This document shows positions 9,365 to 19,220 of a DNA stretch of 64,000 nt, piece by piece; positions within the stretch are counted from its first letter, which is position 1, and each line of letters opens with the position of its first letter. The stretch comes from Spirochaetia bacterium. GTDB lineage: Bacteria; Spirochaetota; Spirochaetia; WTKD01; G963693115. The DNA is taken from contig CBDCGX010000014.1 of assembly GCA_965216965.1 (NCBI GenBank), positions 29,445 to 93,444 of the forward strand, read 5' to 3'. The notes below the pieces were generated by a model. The model did not search any database, was not told where the DNA came from, and saw only the letters and a list, made by a program, of their open reading frames with translations. A program made the translations under genes and the position numbers.

Positions 9365-10624
9365 TTACACTATAGTGGTTTTGTTTGCTTGTTCTTCAAG
9401 GTCTTCTTTTTCTGTTTTAGCAATAATTAAAGTACACACTGCATCTCCTGTAATATTTACAACAGTTCTAGTCATATCTAAAATTCTATCTACGCCTATA
9501 ATAAGTCCTATACCTTCAACTGGGAGTCCTACTTGAACAAGCACCATTGATAGCATGACTAAACCTACTCCTGGAACACCCGCTGTTCCTATAGATGCTA
9601 ACGTTGCTGTTAGAATAACTGCCACATAGTCTCCCATAGTTAGGCTAATGCCGTATACGGCTGCAATAAATACAACAGCAACCCCTTGCATAATAGCAGT
9701 TCCATCCATGTTTATAGTAGCACCTAATGGAATTGTAAAAGAGCTGACTGATTTTGATACTCCAAATTTATTTTGAACAGTTTGCAATGTAACTGGTATT
9801 GTTGCTCCGCTACTAGAAGTTGAAAACGCAACAGACATAGCTGGGAAAAACTTTTTAAAGAATGTAAGTGGATTCATTTTTACAAAAGTTATTAAAAGCC
9901 CCTGATAAGTGAACAATGCATGTATAAACAATGCTCCTAGTACTGATGCCATATATTTCAGCAAAGGAAGCATAGCACTATATCCTAGTAAAGCAAAGGT
10001 TTGTGCAATTAAGCAAAATACCCCAATAGGTGCGAATTTCATAATGAAATTAACCATTGCCAATACTAAATTATTAGCAGTATCAAAGAGACTTTTTATC
10101 TTATTAGCCTTATCTCCAAGAAGCGTTAACACGGCTCCTGTTAATAATGCAAAAGCAATTATTTGTAGCATCTTCCCTTTAGCCATTGCATCAATAGGAT
10201 TTGATGGTACCATATCAATTAATACGTCTGCAAACGGTTTAGATTCTCCAATAGTTTTATTAACTGTGTTAATTGAACTTGGTGTTAATCCAGCTCCGGG
10301 ATCAATGAGGTTTGAGACTACTAAGGCAATAACAATTGCAATAGCTGTTGTAATTAAATAAAACCCTAAGGTTTTAGCACCTATTCTTCCTAGTTTTTTG
10401 ATATCTCCTATTGAGGCTGCCCCTACAGTCAAAGAGATAAGTACTAGTGGAACTACCATCATCTTAATTAGTTTAATAAATATTGATCCACCTGTCTTGA
10501 GAGCAAATTCAATAATGTAATTTGATACAAATGGAATTTCTTTCATTGGATATAATATTAATCCAAAAATTATACCCACAATTAAACCAATAAGAATTTT
10601 TGTTGTTAACGTTGATTTCTTCAT
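9365..10624 (-). CDS. Dicarboxylate/amino acid:cation symporter (DAACS family, GltP/SstT-like)
   Basis: A 419-aa polytopic protein with family blocks ..SSSGATIPVTL.. and ..PLGATINMDGTAIMQGVA... Substrate cannot be assigned from sequence. Confidence 0.85.
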   Translation of the reverse strand: MKKSTLTTKILIGLIVGIIFGLILYPMKEIPFVSNYIIEFALKTGGSIFIKLIKMMVVPLVLISLTVGAASIGDIKKLGRIGAKTLGFYLITTAIAIVIALVVSNLIDPGAGLTPSSINTVNKTIGESKPFADVLIDMVPSNPIDAMAKGKMLQIIAFALLTGAVLTLLGDKANKIKSLFDTANNLVLAMVNFIMKFAPIGVFCLIAQTFALLGYSAMLPLLKYMASVLGALFIHALFTYQGLLITFVKMNPLTFFKKFFPAMSVAFSTSSSGATIPVTLQTVQNKFGVSKSVSSFTIPLGATINMDGTAIMQGVAVVFIAAVYGISLTMGDYVAVILTATLASIGTAGVPGVGLVMLSMVLVQVGLPVEGIGLIIGVDRILDMTRTVVNITGDAVCTLIIAKTEKEDLEEQANKTTIV

Positions 10625-10641
10625 TTTTAATTTCTCCTTAT

Positions 10642-10688
10642 TTTTTCATTATTATAAAATTTATAAAATTTTTCATTATTATAAAATT
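10642..10688. repeat. Perfect 20-bp direct repeat (TTTTTCATTATTATAAAATT x2, period 27 bp) in the symporter 5' region
   Basis: Copy 1 is at 10642-10661 and copy 2 at 10669-10688, with a partial TATAAAATT between them. On the gene strand each copy reads AATTTTATAATAATGAAAAA, which contains TATAAT. Confidence 0.8.
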
Positions 10689-11016
10689 AATCCAGTAACG
10701 TTTGAAGTATATGTTAATACATGAATGCCTCCTTAATGATCTATAAACTAAAATAGATTAAGTTTTGCGAAAGTAGTAAAAAAATATTTGTGATGTAATC
10801 ATATTAAAATATGTCATCTTTCATATAGAAAAGATACATTTTTTTTCTACAAAAATATAATTTTATTATATCACAAATACAATGAAAAAGCATCTTTATT
10901 CCCTGTATATTTTATACATAGCATTATTCATTTATTTTTTATTACAAATCTTTATAGATGTAAAAATATTTTATATAAATTAATGTATAGGAACATATTA
11001 AAAATGTTTAAAAGGC

Positions 11017-11045
11017 TTGTAATTTTGGAAGATATTTATTATAAT
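11017..11045 (+). promoter_or_regulatory. Candidate sigma70-type promoter of rny
   Basis: TTGTAA (11017-11022), a 17-nt spacer, then TATAAT (11040-11045), ~60 nt upstream of the rny ATG, whose RBS is GGGAG. Confidence 0.45.
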
Positions 11046-11106
11046 AGTCACAATTATATAAAATTATATTTTATATAAATTTATTTTAACAAATAGGGAG
11101 TGATAT

Positions 11107-12645
11107 ATGATTACAATATTAATATCAATAGCACTTCTCTTAATTGGCATAGTAATAGGATTAGTATCATTATGGATATATTCAAAATCTTCTTTAACAT
11201 CTGCAGAGCAAAGAGCAGCGAGGGTTATATCAGATGCTAAATTACAAGCTGAAACTCTTAATAAGGAATACCTTTATGAGGCAAGAGAGCAACTTCAAAA
11301 AGAAAAGAAAGAGCACAATAATGAGGTAAGAGAAGCTCAACGAGAGTTAAATCAGCTTAAGTTCCGTTTACAAAAACGAGAAGACCAAATTGAGGAGAAA
11401 TTATCCCGTTTGGAACAACAACAAAGAGAAGTACTTGACAATAAAGAGAAGATAAAACAACGTGAAAGTGAATTAGAAAAAGAAAGAAATGAAATAATAC
11501 ACAAGCTTGAATCTATAGCTCGCCTCACTGCTGAAGAAGCAAGAAAATTGCTTATAGAACAGGTTACGGCAAGTGCTAAACAACAAATGCAATTTCTTAC
11601 TCACAAAATAGAACAAGATGCTGTTCAATCTGCAGAACGAAGGGGAAAAGAGCTTATTGTAATGGCAGCTCAGCGCCTTGCTTCTGAAGTAAGTGCAGAA
11701 GCAACCATATCGACAGTAATACTTCCCAATGAAGAAATGAAGGGTCGTGTTATTGGAAAAGACGGACGAAACATACGATCTATAGAAACACTTACTGGTG
11801 CGGATATCATAATAGATGACACCCCCGAGGCGGTAATTGTATCATGCTTTAATCCAGTACGAAGAGCAATAGCAGTACAAACTCTTTCTAATCTTGTAAA
11901 AGATGGACGTATTCACCCAGCAAAAATAGAAGAAGAAGTTATCAAAGTTACACAAAATCTCAATAAAGTTGTATACGAAGAGGGAGAAAAGGCATTCTTA
12001 GATCTTGGACTTCATGGCTCCATGCATTCAGATGGGTTATGTGCTATAGGAAGATTAAAATTTAGAACAAGCTATGGTCAAAATGTTCTCAATCACTCAA
12101 AGGAAGTTGCTTCTATAGCTGGAATTCTTGCGAAAGAAATTGGCATTGCAAATGTAGATATAGCAAAGCGTGGAGCGCTGCTCCACGATGTTGGTAAAAG
12201 TATGGATTCCAATGTGTCTCTCAGTCATGTAGAACTTGGTGTCGATTTAGCAAAACGTATCAATGAGTCTCCAGAAGTAATAAATTGTATTGCAGCTCAT
12301 CATGGCGATGTTCCACATACTTGTATAGAATCCGTCATTGTACAAACAGCAGACGCTATTTCGGCTTCACGACCAGGTGCAAGGCGAGATACTCTTGAAA
12401 GTTATATAGAGCGACTTGAAAAACTTGAAGCAATGACAGCCGATATACCGGGCATACAAAACACCTATGCTCTTCATGCAGGAAGAGAATTAAGAGTCAT
12501 AATTAAAAGCGATGAAGTTTCTGACTCAGAAGTGTTAAATATAGCAAAAAGTATTTGTCAACGAATAGAAGAAAATCTTAAACATCCTGGACGAATAAAA
12601 GTCGTTGCAATACGAGAACAACGAATTATAGAATATGCTCGCTAA
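11107..12645 (+). CDS. rny: Ribonuclease Y
   Basis: It has an N-terminal TM helix, a long coiled coil, a KH domain (GRVIGKDGRNIRSIETLTGADIIIDD) and an HD domain (..GALLHDVGK.., ..AHHGD..). Confidence 0.95.
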   Translation: MITILISIALLLIGIVIGLVSLWIYSKSSLTSAEQRAARVISDAKLQAETLNKEYLYEAREQLQKEKKEHNNEVREAQRELNQLKFRLQKREDQIEEKLSRLEQQQREVLDNKEKIKQRESELEKERNEIIHKLESIARLTAEEARKLLIEQVTASAKQQMQFLTHKIEQDAVQSAERRGKELIVMAAQRLASEVSAEATISTVILPNEEMKGRVIGKDGRNIRSIETLTGADIIIDDTPEAVIVSCFNPVRRAIAVQTLSNLVKDGRIHPAKIEEEVIKVTQNLNKVVYEEGEKAFLDLGLHGSMHSDGLCAIGRLKFRTSYGQNVLNHSKEVASIAGILAKEIGIANVDIAKRGALLHDVGKSMDSNVSLSHVELGVDLAKRINESPEVINCIAAHHGDVPHTCIESVIVQTADAISASRPGARRDTLESYIERLEKLEAMTADIPGIQNTYALHAGRELRVIIKSDEVSDSEVLNIAKSICQRIEENLKHPGRIKVVAIREQRIIEYAR

Positions 12646-12686
12646 ATACGAGTATATTCTTTTACATTTTTGGTTTTTCTTGTAAT

Positions 12687-13694
12687 ATGAAGATGTATGA
12701 ATCAAAGAAAAAGAACGAGAATGCTCAAGAAAACGATTATCATGTAAAAGCTTCCATAACAGGAAGCTTGCTTTTTGTATTACAAAAACATTTTAAAAGA
12801 TTCTCAAAAGATACATTGTTATCATTTATATTTTGTGGTGAAATAAAAGTGAACGGTAGTATCATTAAAACTCACTTACATAAAGTAAAGAGAGGAGATC
12901 ATCTTCTAATTCTTAGAAAAGATTCTTATGTTTCTCGAGGCGCATATAAAATAGTACACCCCATAGAAAAATGGAATATACGTGTTAAGGATAAAATCTG
13001 GCTAGATTGCGGTGCTGCAACAGGAGGATTTACAGATTATTTACTTTCATTAGGTGCTTCTGCTGTGCATACGGTAGACATTGCATACAATGCCTTAGCG
13101 TATAAACTTCGAATAGACAAAAGAGTATTAGTTCATGAAAAAACCAATATATTTTCTGTAAACTCACTTACACCTACTGTAGATTCTGCTGTAGTAGACG
13201 TGTCTTTTAGATCTCTAAGAAACGTATTATCTCATGTATTATCCCTTTGCAAAGAGGGATGTGCACTCGCATTGTGTAAACCGCAATTTGAGCTTGCTTA
13301 TACCCTGCGTAATAATAAAAAAAAAACATCTCAAAGATCTGTTGATATCGATAAAAATGAAAACTCCATACTTACAAATGCAATACATAAGCTAAAAAAC
13401 ACTACAAATGGTGAAGAAAAATTTTCTGGAGTAATAAGGAACGATATAATAAGAAAGAATGTGATTCTTAAAACAATACTTTCTCTTTTAAAAGAACAAG
13501 TGTTTACTCATGCGATATGCCCTGCTGGCATTCATGGGCGGAGGGGAAACCAAGAATTCTTTTTATATGTACGTAACATTATCCCCCAAACACTTGAAAA
13601 AGACTTGCTACATTGTAGCACTTCAAAAAATGAAATCTGCCACTCTTTTTACAAAGAGTTATATGACAAAAGCATGCATGTGAATAACCTATAA
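12687..13694 (+). CDS. tlyA: TlyA-family rRNA 2'-O-methyltransferase (haemolysin A-like) with a ~50-aa Lys/Asn-rich insertion
   Basis: It has an S4-like N-terminus and the block SRGAYKIVHPIEKWNIRVKDKIWLDCGAATGGFTDYLLSLGASAVHTVD. At 335 aa it is ~60 aa longer than typical TlyA. Confidence 0.85.
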   Translation: MKMYESKKKNENAQENDYHVKASITGSLLFVLQKHFKRFSKDTLLSFIFCGEIKVNGSIIKTHLHKVKRGDHLLILRKDSYVSRGAYKIVHPIEKWNIRVKDKIWLDCGAATGGFTDYLLSLGASAVHTVDIAYNALAYKLRIDKRVLVHEKTNIFSVNSLTPTVDSAVVDVSFRSLRNVLSHVLSLCKEGCALALCKPQFELAYTLRNNKKKTSQRSVDIDKNENSILTNAIHKLKNTTNGEEKFSGVIRNDIIRKNVILKTILSLLKEQVFTHAICPAGIHGRRGNQEFFLYVRNIIPQTLEKDLLHCSTSKNEICHSFYKELYDKSMHVNNL

Positions 13695-14441
13695 CTTGCT
13701 TCTAAGATAGATTTTATCTATAGGATTTTTTATAGCAATTCCTGAATCACCACTTAAAAACAAAACCGATTTTCCCTCTATAAGAATTTGAACTTTATCT
13801 ATTGTTGGAAACTCTGTGCTTGTGTATACAATTTGAAACAGTTGAGCCATGCTTGCAATAGGACCTCCTGAATTGAATTGAAATTCATCGTTAAAATCAA
13901 GATATGCAATGTTATCTTTCACATAAATTGAACGAACAAGACCTGCTTTAGGGATAAAGCTTTTAATATTATTATTTTGTTCTTTTTGAGTAGGACCTTT
14001 AAATAATTCTTTGAGTGTATTTGTAAGTATAGCATTTGTTCTTTCTATATTTCGCTTCCTAGGAATCATTGTGAATAACCCATCATTATTCATTTTTACA
14101 AAATACACGGTAGTTACAATGTTATCAACATCCTTTGTAGAAAGTGGGGGGGGATCATTGCTTGGTGTATTACCTGTAGAAAAACTATCTTCATTCTTTT
14201 TTTCTTCTTTAGATTGTAATGAAGAAGTATCTTCTTTTATAGGAGTTTGTTTTTCTTTTTTTGTTGTGGATTCTTCTGTAGATGTAAATTGGTATAGTAG
14301 TGTTCTTATTGTCCCAAAATTTGAAAGAGCATAAAAAAATGTAAAGGCAACAAGAATAATCCATAAAATAGCATTAAGTGAGATCTTTTTTTTGCGCTTT
14401 CTAACTTTTTTTTTCTTTGAAAAGAACATAAATACTATCAC
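13689..14441 (-). CDS. GerMN-domain membrane-anchored protein
   Basis: It has an N-terminal basic stretch and a TM helix, a Ser/Thr/Lys-rich linker, and a C-terminal region (..TVYFVKMNNDG...LKELFKGPT...AYLDFNDEF...IVYTSTEFPTIDKVQILIEG..) that resembles GerMN domains. Confidence 0.6.
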   Translation of the reverse strand: MIVFMFFSKKKKVRKRKKKISLNAILWIILVAFTFFYALSNFGTIRTLLYQFTSTEESTTKKEKQTPIKEDTSSLQSKEEKKNEDSFSTGNTPSNDPPPLSTKDVDNIVTTVYFVKMNNDGLFTMIPRKRNIERTNAILTNTLKELFKGPTQKEQNNNIKSFIPKAGLVRSIYVKDNIAYLDFNDEFQFNSGGPIASMAQLFQIVYTSTEFPTIDKVQILIEGKSVLFLSGDSGIAIKNPIDKIYLRSKL

Positions 14442-14486
14442 TAGTATAGTGATAAATATAATAAATGTGAAGTATAATAAAAATAG

Positions 14487-16221
14487 ATGTGTATCTTACA
14501 CGGAATGTCCGTATCTAAAGGAATTGCTATAGCTCCTGCCTATGTATTTCTTTCCGATACGACCATGATGGTTCCTCGTTATTATGTAGAAAACTATAAT
14601 ATAAAACAAGAAATACTACGTTTAGAAAATGCAATGGAAGAAGTGAGAACCGATATTTATAAAACATATGAAAACCAAAATAACAAAGTAGCAAAAAACA
14701 TTTTAGAAACACATACATTTATACTTGAAGATAATGAACTCATAGAAAAAATCACTCGTACCATAGAAAAAGAATATTTTAATGCAGAATGGGCCGTAAG
14801 AATTATTACTAAAGAATACATGCATAAATTTGCTATTATGGAAGATGAATATTTCCAGCAAAGGACCCATGATGTAAATGATATAGCACTTCATATTATA
14901 AATAAATTAGGCAGTAATAATAAATGTGAAAAAAACAACCTAGATGCACCAAAAATAATTGTTGCTAATACGCTTCTTCCAATGCAATTTTTACGACTTC
15001 CAAGAAAAAATATTGCAGGGATAATATTAGAAAAAGGTGGAAAAACAACTCATGTAACCATAATAGCAAAAGCATTTAGTATCCCTATGATTATTAATGT
15101 AAAAAATATTAGCAAAATACTTCCTAAGCAAAATCTCATACTTGACGCAAACACTGGACAAATCATACTTAATGCAAATGAGCATACTATAAAAGTATTT
15201 GAAATTGAAGATGAAAAAAAGAAAAAAGAAAAATCTTCTCAAGAGGAGAAAGTTCAATCTTTAAAACATTGTACAAAAGGACAATCAAATTATGACTTTC
15301 CAAATTAATGTTGATATACTAGAAGAGCTTGATTGCCGTGCAATTGAATATACTGATGGTATAGGGCTGTTTAGAACAGAATTTATATTTCCTAATATTT
15401 CTCCCTTGCAAGATAGCGAAGAAGAACAATACACAGCCTATCTAAACATATTCAAATATATGAAAGGAAAACCTATTACTATCCGAACATTTGATTTTGG
15501 AGGAGAAAAAAAAACAACAAAAATACAAACATCAAAAGAAAACAATCCGCTTTTGGGAATAAGAGGAATACGATTTTACCATAAAGATAATCAAGAACTA
15601 TTTTTATCTCAATTGCGCGCACTTCTTCGAGCATCTTTTATTGGAAAGCTTAATATTCTTCTTCCCATGGTGTCTACTTTAGAAGAAATATATACAATCA
15701 AAGAATATTTAGAAGCCACAAAAGCAGAAATTTCTTCTCAGGGGATTTTAGGCACTCCCCAATATAAATTAGGAGTAATGATAGAAGTTCCCTCACTTTT
15801 ATATCAATTGAAAGAAGTATCACAAATTTGTGATTTTTGGTCTATAGGAACCAATGATCTCCTACAATACATAATGGCAACCGATAGGAGCAATAGTAAT
15901 GTAGAATATCTTTATTCCTATATGCAACCTGCTTTTTTAAGAGTCTTACAAAAAATATTCTACGAAGGATACAAGTATAAAACAGAAGTAATTATGTGTG
16001 GAGAAATGGCAAGTGATATATATTCAATACCTCTTTTATTGGGAGCAGGGTTAAGAAACTTTAGTGTTTCTCTTTCAAATCTTGCAGAAGTAATCAATAT
16101 CGCAACATCATACAATACCAAAGATACACGAGAGCTATTTGAACGTGCTGTTATGTGCAATTCTGTTAAAGCAGTCGAAAAAGAAGTAAAAGAATTTATA
16201 AACAACTTTAACGTACATTAA
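14487..16221 (+). pseudogene. ptsI: PTS enzyme I (phosphoenolpyruvate-protein phosphotransferase), split by a single-base frameshift near 15277-15282
   Basis: ORF 14487..15308 carries the N-terminal and His domains (GGKTTHVTIIAKAFSIPMI). ORF 15292..16221 carries the PEP-utiliser barrel (GIGLFRTEFIF, NDLLQYIMATDRSN, CGEMASD). Removing one base in ACAAAAGGACAAT restores ..HCTKDNQIMTFQINVD... All catalytic motifs are intact. Confidence 0.85.
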
Positions 16222-16261
16222 TAGCATAATAGTACAAAAAACAATATAATTATTGAAACGT

Positions 16262-17608
16262 ATGAAAGATCTCCTTGTAGCAATAATTGGAAAACCAAAT
16301 GTGGGAAAATCCACTCTTTTTAATGCGCTTGTAAATAAGAAACTTGCCATTACACATAAAACACCAGGAGTCACGCACGAAGGAACAAATTGCCTATTTA
16401 ATTACAATAATCATACTTTCTTACTACAAGATACAGGGGGAATAACTGATGAAGGAATATTCTCAAAAGAAATATCAAAAAGAAGCAAAGACATACTTTC
16501 ACGTGCTTCGCTTATTATATTTGTTGTATCTGTAAAAGATGATCTCAACGCAGAAGACTATTATATTATTGATTTTTTGCGAAAACAAAATATTGTAACA
16601 ATTCTTGTTGTTAATAAAGTAGATACTGTTAGTTTAGAATGGGAAGCTCAAAATTTTTCTTCGCTTGGTTTTGGAAAAACTTTTTTTGTTTCTGCAACTC
16701 ATAAAAAAAATATAGATGGACTTCTCAACTTAATATGTGAAAAAATATCTATGCAATACGACCATAGTAATACGACACCCTCCAATACTACTGCTGTAAA
16801 AAAAGAAAACATAAACGATTCTAGTCATATACGGCTTTTAATTCTTGGCAAACCAAATACAGGGAAATCTTCTCTTATAAATAAAATAAGTAATAGTGAT
16901 CTTATGGTCTCCGATACGCCAGGAACTACAAGAGATATTTGTGAAAATCACTTTGAGTATAATAATAAACCATATACTCTTGTAGATAGTGCCGGTATAC
17001 GAAAAAAAAATAAAATACTACAAGAAATTGAGTATTATTCAATACATCGAGCAATTACTGCTATTGAAAATGTTGATATTGTACTTCTTCTTGTTTCTGT
17101 CCTTAATGATTTTTCAGAACAAGATAAAAAATTATCTTCTCTTGTTCTTAGAAGAGGGAAGGGGCTTGTTATAGGGCTCAATAAATGGGATTGTTTAGAT
17201 GTTACTTCTAATCGTTTACAGGCAGAAAAAGATAGAATATGCTTTTTACTTCCACAAATACATTTTGCTCCAATACTTCCTCTTAGTGCAAAGACAGGCT
17301 ATGGTATTTCCAAACTATTTAAAACACTACAAAACATAAACACACAGCTATACACGCGAATAAATACATCAAAACTAAACAATCACATGAAAAAATGGAT
17401 ACTTCGCACACCACCTCCAATAAAAAGGGGGCGAAAAGGTAAAATTAAATTTATAGCTCAAAAAGGTGGTCTTCCAATTCTTTTTGTTATGTACGTAAAT
17501 TCTCCTAATATTTTCACAGAGTCTTATATAACATATATAAAAAATCAGATTCGGAAAGACTTTCTTCATGAAATACCTTTTGATATAAAAGTATTAAAAA
17601 ATATCTAA
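16262..17608 (+). CDS. der: Ribosome-biogenesis GTPase Der (EngA)
   Basis: Two G-domains are present (GKPNVGKSTLFNAL and GKPNTGKSSLINKI, with DTGG/DSAG and NKVD/NKWD) plus a KH-like C-terminus. The ATG at 16262 is preferred over the tracked TTG at 16253. Confidence 0.92.
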   Translation: MKDLLVAIIGKPNVGKSTLFNALVNKKLAITHKTPGVTHEGTNCLFNYNNHTFLLQDTGGITDEGIFSKEISKRSKDILSRASLIIFVVSVKDDLNAEDYYIIDFLRKQNIVTILVVNKVDTVSLEWEAQNFSSLGFGKTFFVSATHKKNIDGLLNLICEKISMQYDHSNTTPSNTTAVKKENINDSSHIRLLILGKPNTGKSSLINKISNSDLMVSDTPGTTRDICENHFEYNNKPYTLVDSAGIRKKNKILQEIEYYSIHRAITAIENVDIVLLLVSVLNDFSEQDKKLSSLVLRRGKGLVIGLNKWDCLDVTSNRLQAEKDRICFLLPQIHFAPILPLSAKTGYGISKLFKTLQNINTQLYTRINTSKLNNHMKKWILRTPPPIKRGRKGKIKFIAQKGGLPILFVMYVNSPNIFTESYITYIKNQIRKDFLHEIPFDIKVLKNI

Positions 17609-17661
17609 TATGATTTAGATATTTTTTTAGCTGTGCTTTAATTATGCTATACTATAAATAA

Positions 17662-18009
17662 ATGAGTACATATACGATCACACAAGTTTCTGATTTACTC
17701 GGTATCAAAGTACATACAATACGGTATTGGGAAAAACATATTCCTCTTATTTCTATTAAGCGAGATGATATGGGAAAACGCCTATATGGGAAACAAGATA
17801 TTTTCATATTATCACGAATGGCACATCTTATAGAAAAAAAACGATATACTGTACGTGGAGCATCGGATGAAATTGTAGAGCAAGCTCGTAAGGGATGGGA
17901 CCCAATCGTAAGAAAAACATATTTTGACGCACTTAAAAAATTTAAGGATCAGCGCGGTATACTTAAAAAAGCACATGGTATTATAGATGAAATTAAAAAT
18001 AAAAAGTAG
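17662..18009 (+). CDS. MerR-family HTH transcriptional regulator (small, 115 aa)
   Basis: The N-terminus YTITQVSDLLGIKVHTIRYWEK...LYGKQDI is the MerR HTH-wing pattern. Confidence 0.7.
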   Translation: MSTYTITQVSDLLGIKVHTIRYWEKHIPLISIKRDDMGKRLYGKQDIFILSRMAHLIEKKRYTVRGASDEIVEQARKGWDPIVRKTYFDALKKFKDQRGILKKAHGIIDEIKNKK

Positions 18010-19216
18010 CTACTTTCATAATACTTTCTTGTATTTTTTATTATTTCTCTTTTTTATTGTATCTTTTCCAGTATTTTCAATTGAATTCTATACTGTACCT
18101 TCTGTTCAAACGAGAAAATTTGTACTTTCTCAAATATTAAATACATCATTTTTACAATCGCTAAAAAGCTCCACTAAACTTATACATACTCAAAAGGACG
18201 GGAAAATATTTATTGTTATATATGAGCCAAAAACTAATAAAACAGGAACCCAAATATATATCCGTCCTGCAGATACTGTTTCAAATCCATTACTACATAA
18301 ATCAGATATTCAAGAACAAACTGATAAAAACAAAAAAAACGCTCCTAACGAATATGGAGAATGGAATATTTCCATTGATAATTTACACAACATACAATAT
18401 GCGAGATATTATTTTCAAGCACACCCTGGATATTATATTGAATTTTCGCCACAGGAAAAAAGAACCCATATAAGTATATATATAGAATATAAGCAATATT
18501 TATCAAAGGTTTATATTCCCATAAGTATTTTTCAAATAATCCAAATGAATTTTGATGACATTATTACAAATACTAAACTCTATATAGAATGGGAGAAAAT
18601 ATTGCCAAAAGTAAATTCTTATAAAGAAAACAGAAAATCCCAGAACATTGCTTTGTATCTATTTCAAAACGATTCTTTGTTCGTGCCAAATACAGGTTTG
18701 AAAATAAATAAAACATATATTGTTTTTGATACCATAAATAAAATCCTTATATATGCTGGCATTCTTCCTGTAGATGAGCTACAATTTTTTCCACTTCACG
18801 CTAACAAAAAAAGGGTGTCTGAAAAAGAAGATTCTTATATCAAACAATATGTAGAAAACGTATCAATTTTTTTTCTTTCACAAGCAGATTTTTATACATC
18901 TATGCATAATACTATAAAAAACGATCTAATAAGAACAAAGGGCTATGGTGATTTTCTAAAGAAGCTCTATCTAATTACTCAACAATACGCTGGGCTTTGG
19001 TATATAGTAACGCTCAAAAAGCTAGCAGCTACCTCTTCGAAAAACAATTCTGATGACATAATAGGAGTTCTTATTCCATATTTTACAGCCTTAGGAGAAT
19101 TTTCAATATATTTCTCTAAAAACCTTAGAAACTTTATAAAACAAGAAAAGGAGGGAGTTTTCTACGAAATATATCTTTATGCATTTCGGACCCCCTTAAA
19201 AGCTCCCCCCCAATAA
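17987..19216 (+). CDS. Hypothetical secreted or membrane-anchored protein (409 aa)
   Basis: A long ORF with an N-terminal hydrophobic segment (FLYFLLFLFFIVSFPVFS). Its start overlaps the MerR-like gene by 23 nt. I recognise no motif. Confidence 0.55.
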   Translation: MKLKIKSSYFHNTFLYFLLFLFFIVSFPVFSIEFYTVPSVQTRKFVLSQILNTSFLQSLKSSTKLIHTQKDGKIFIVIYEPKTNKTGTQIYIRPADTVSNPLLHKSDIQEQTDKNKKNAPNEYGEWNISIDNLHNIQYARYYFQAHPGYYIEFSPQEKRTHISIYIEYKQYLSKVYIPISIFQIIQMNFDDIITNTKLYIEWEKILPKVNSYKENRKSQNIALYLFQNDSLFVPNTGLKINKTYIVFDTINKILIYAGILPVDELQFFPLHANKKRVSEKEDSYIKQYVENVSIFFLSQADFYTSMHNTIKNDLIRTKGYGDFLKKLYLITQQYAGLWYIVTLKKLAATSSKNNSDDIIGVLIPYFTALGEFSIYFSKNLRNFIKQEKEGVFYEIYLYAFRTPLKAPPQ

Positions 19217-19220
19217 TCTC

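Noticed and set aside
10786-10880. The TGTGAT...ATCACA 10-bp inverted repeat (TATTTGTGAT / ATCACAAATA) in the symporter-rny spacer as a CRP-like site.
   Set aside because: The arms are 75 nt apart, not the 6-nt spacing of a CRP/FNR dyad. This is probably coincidental.
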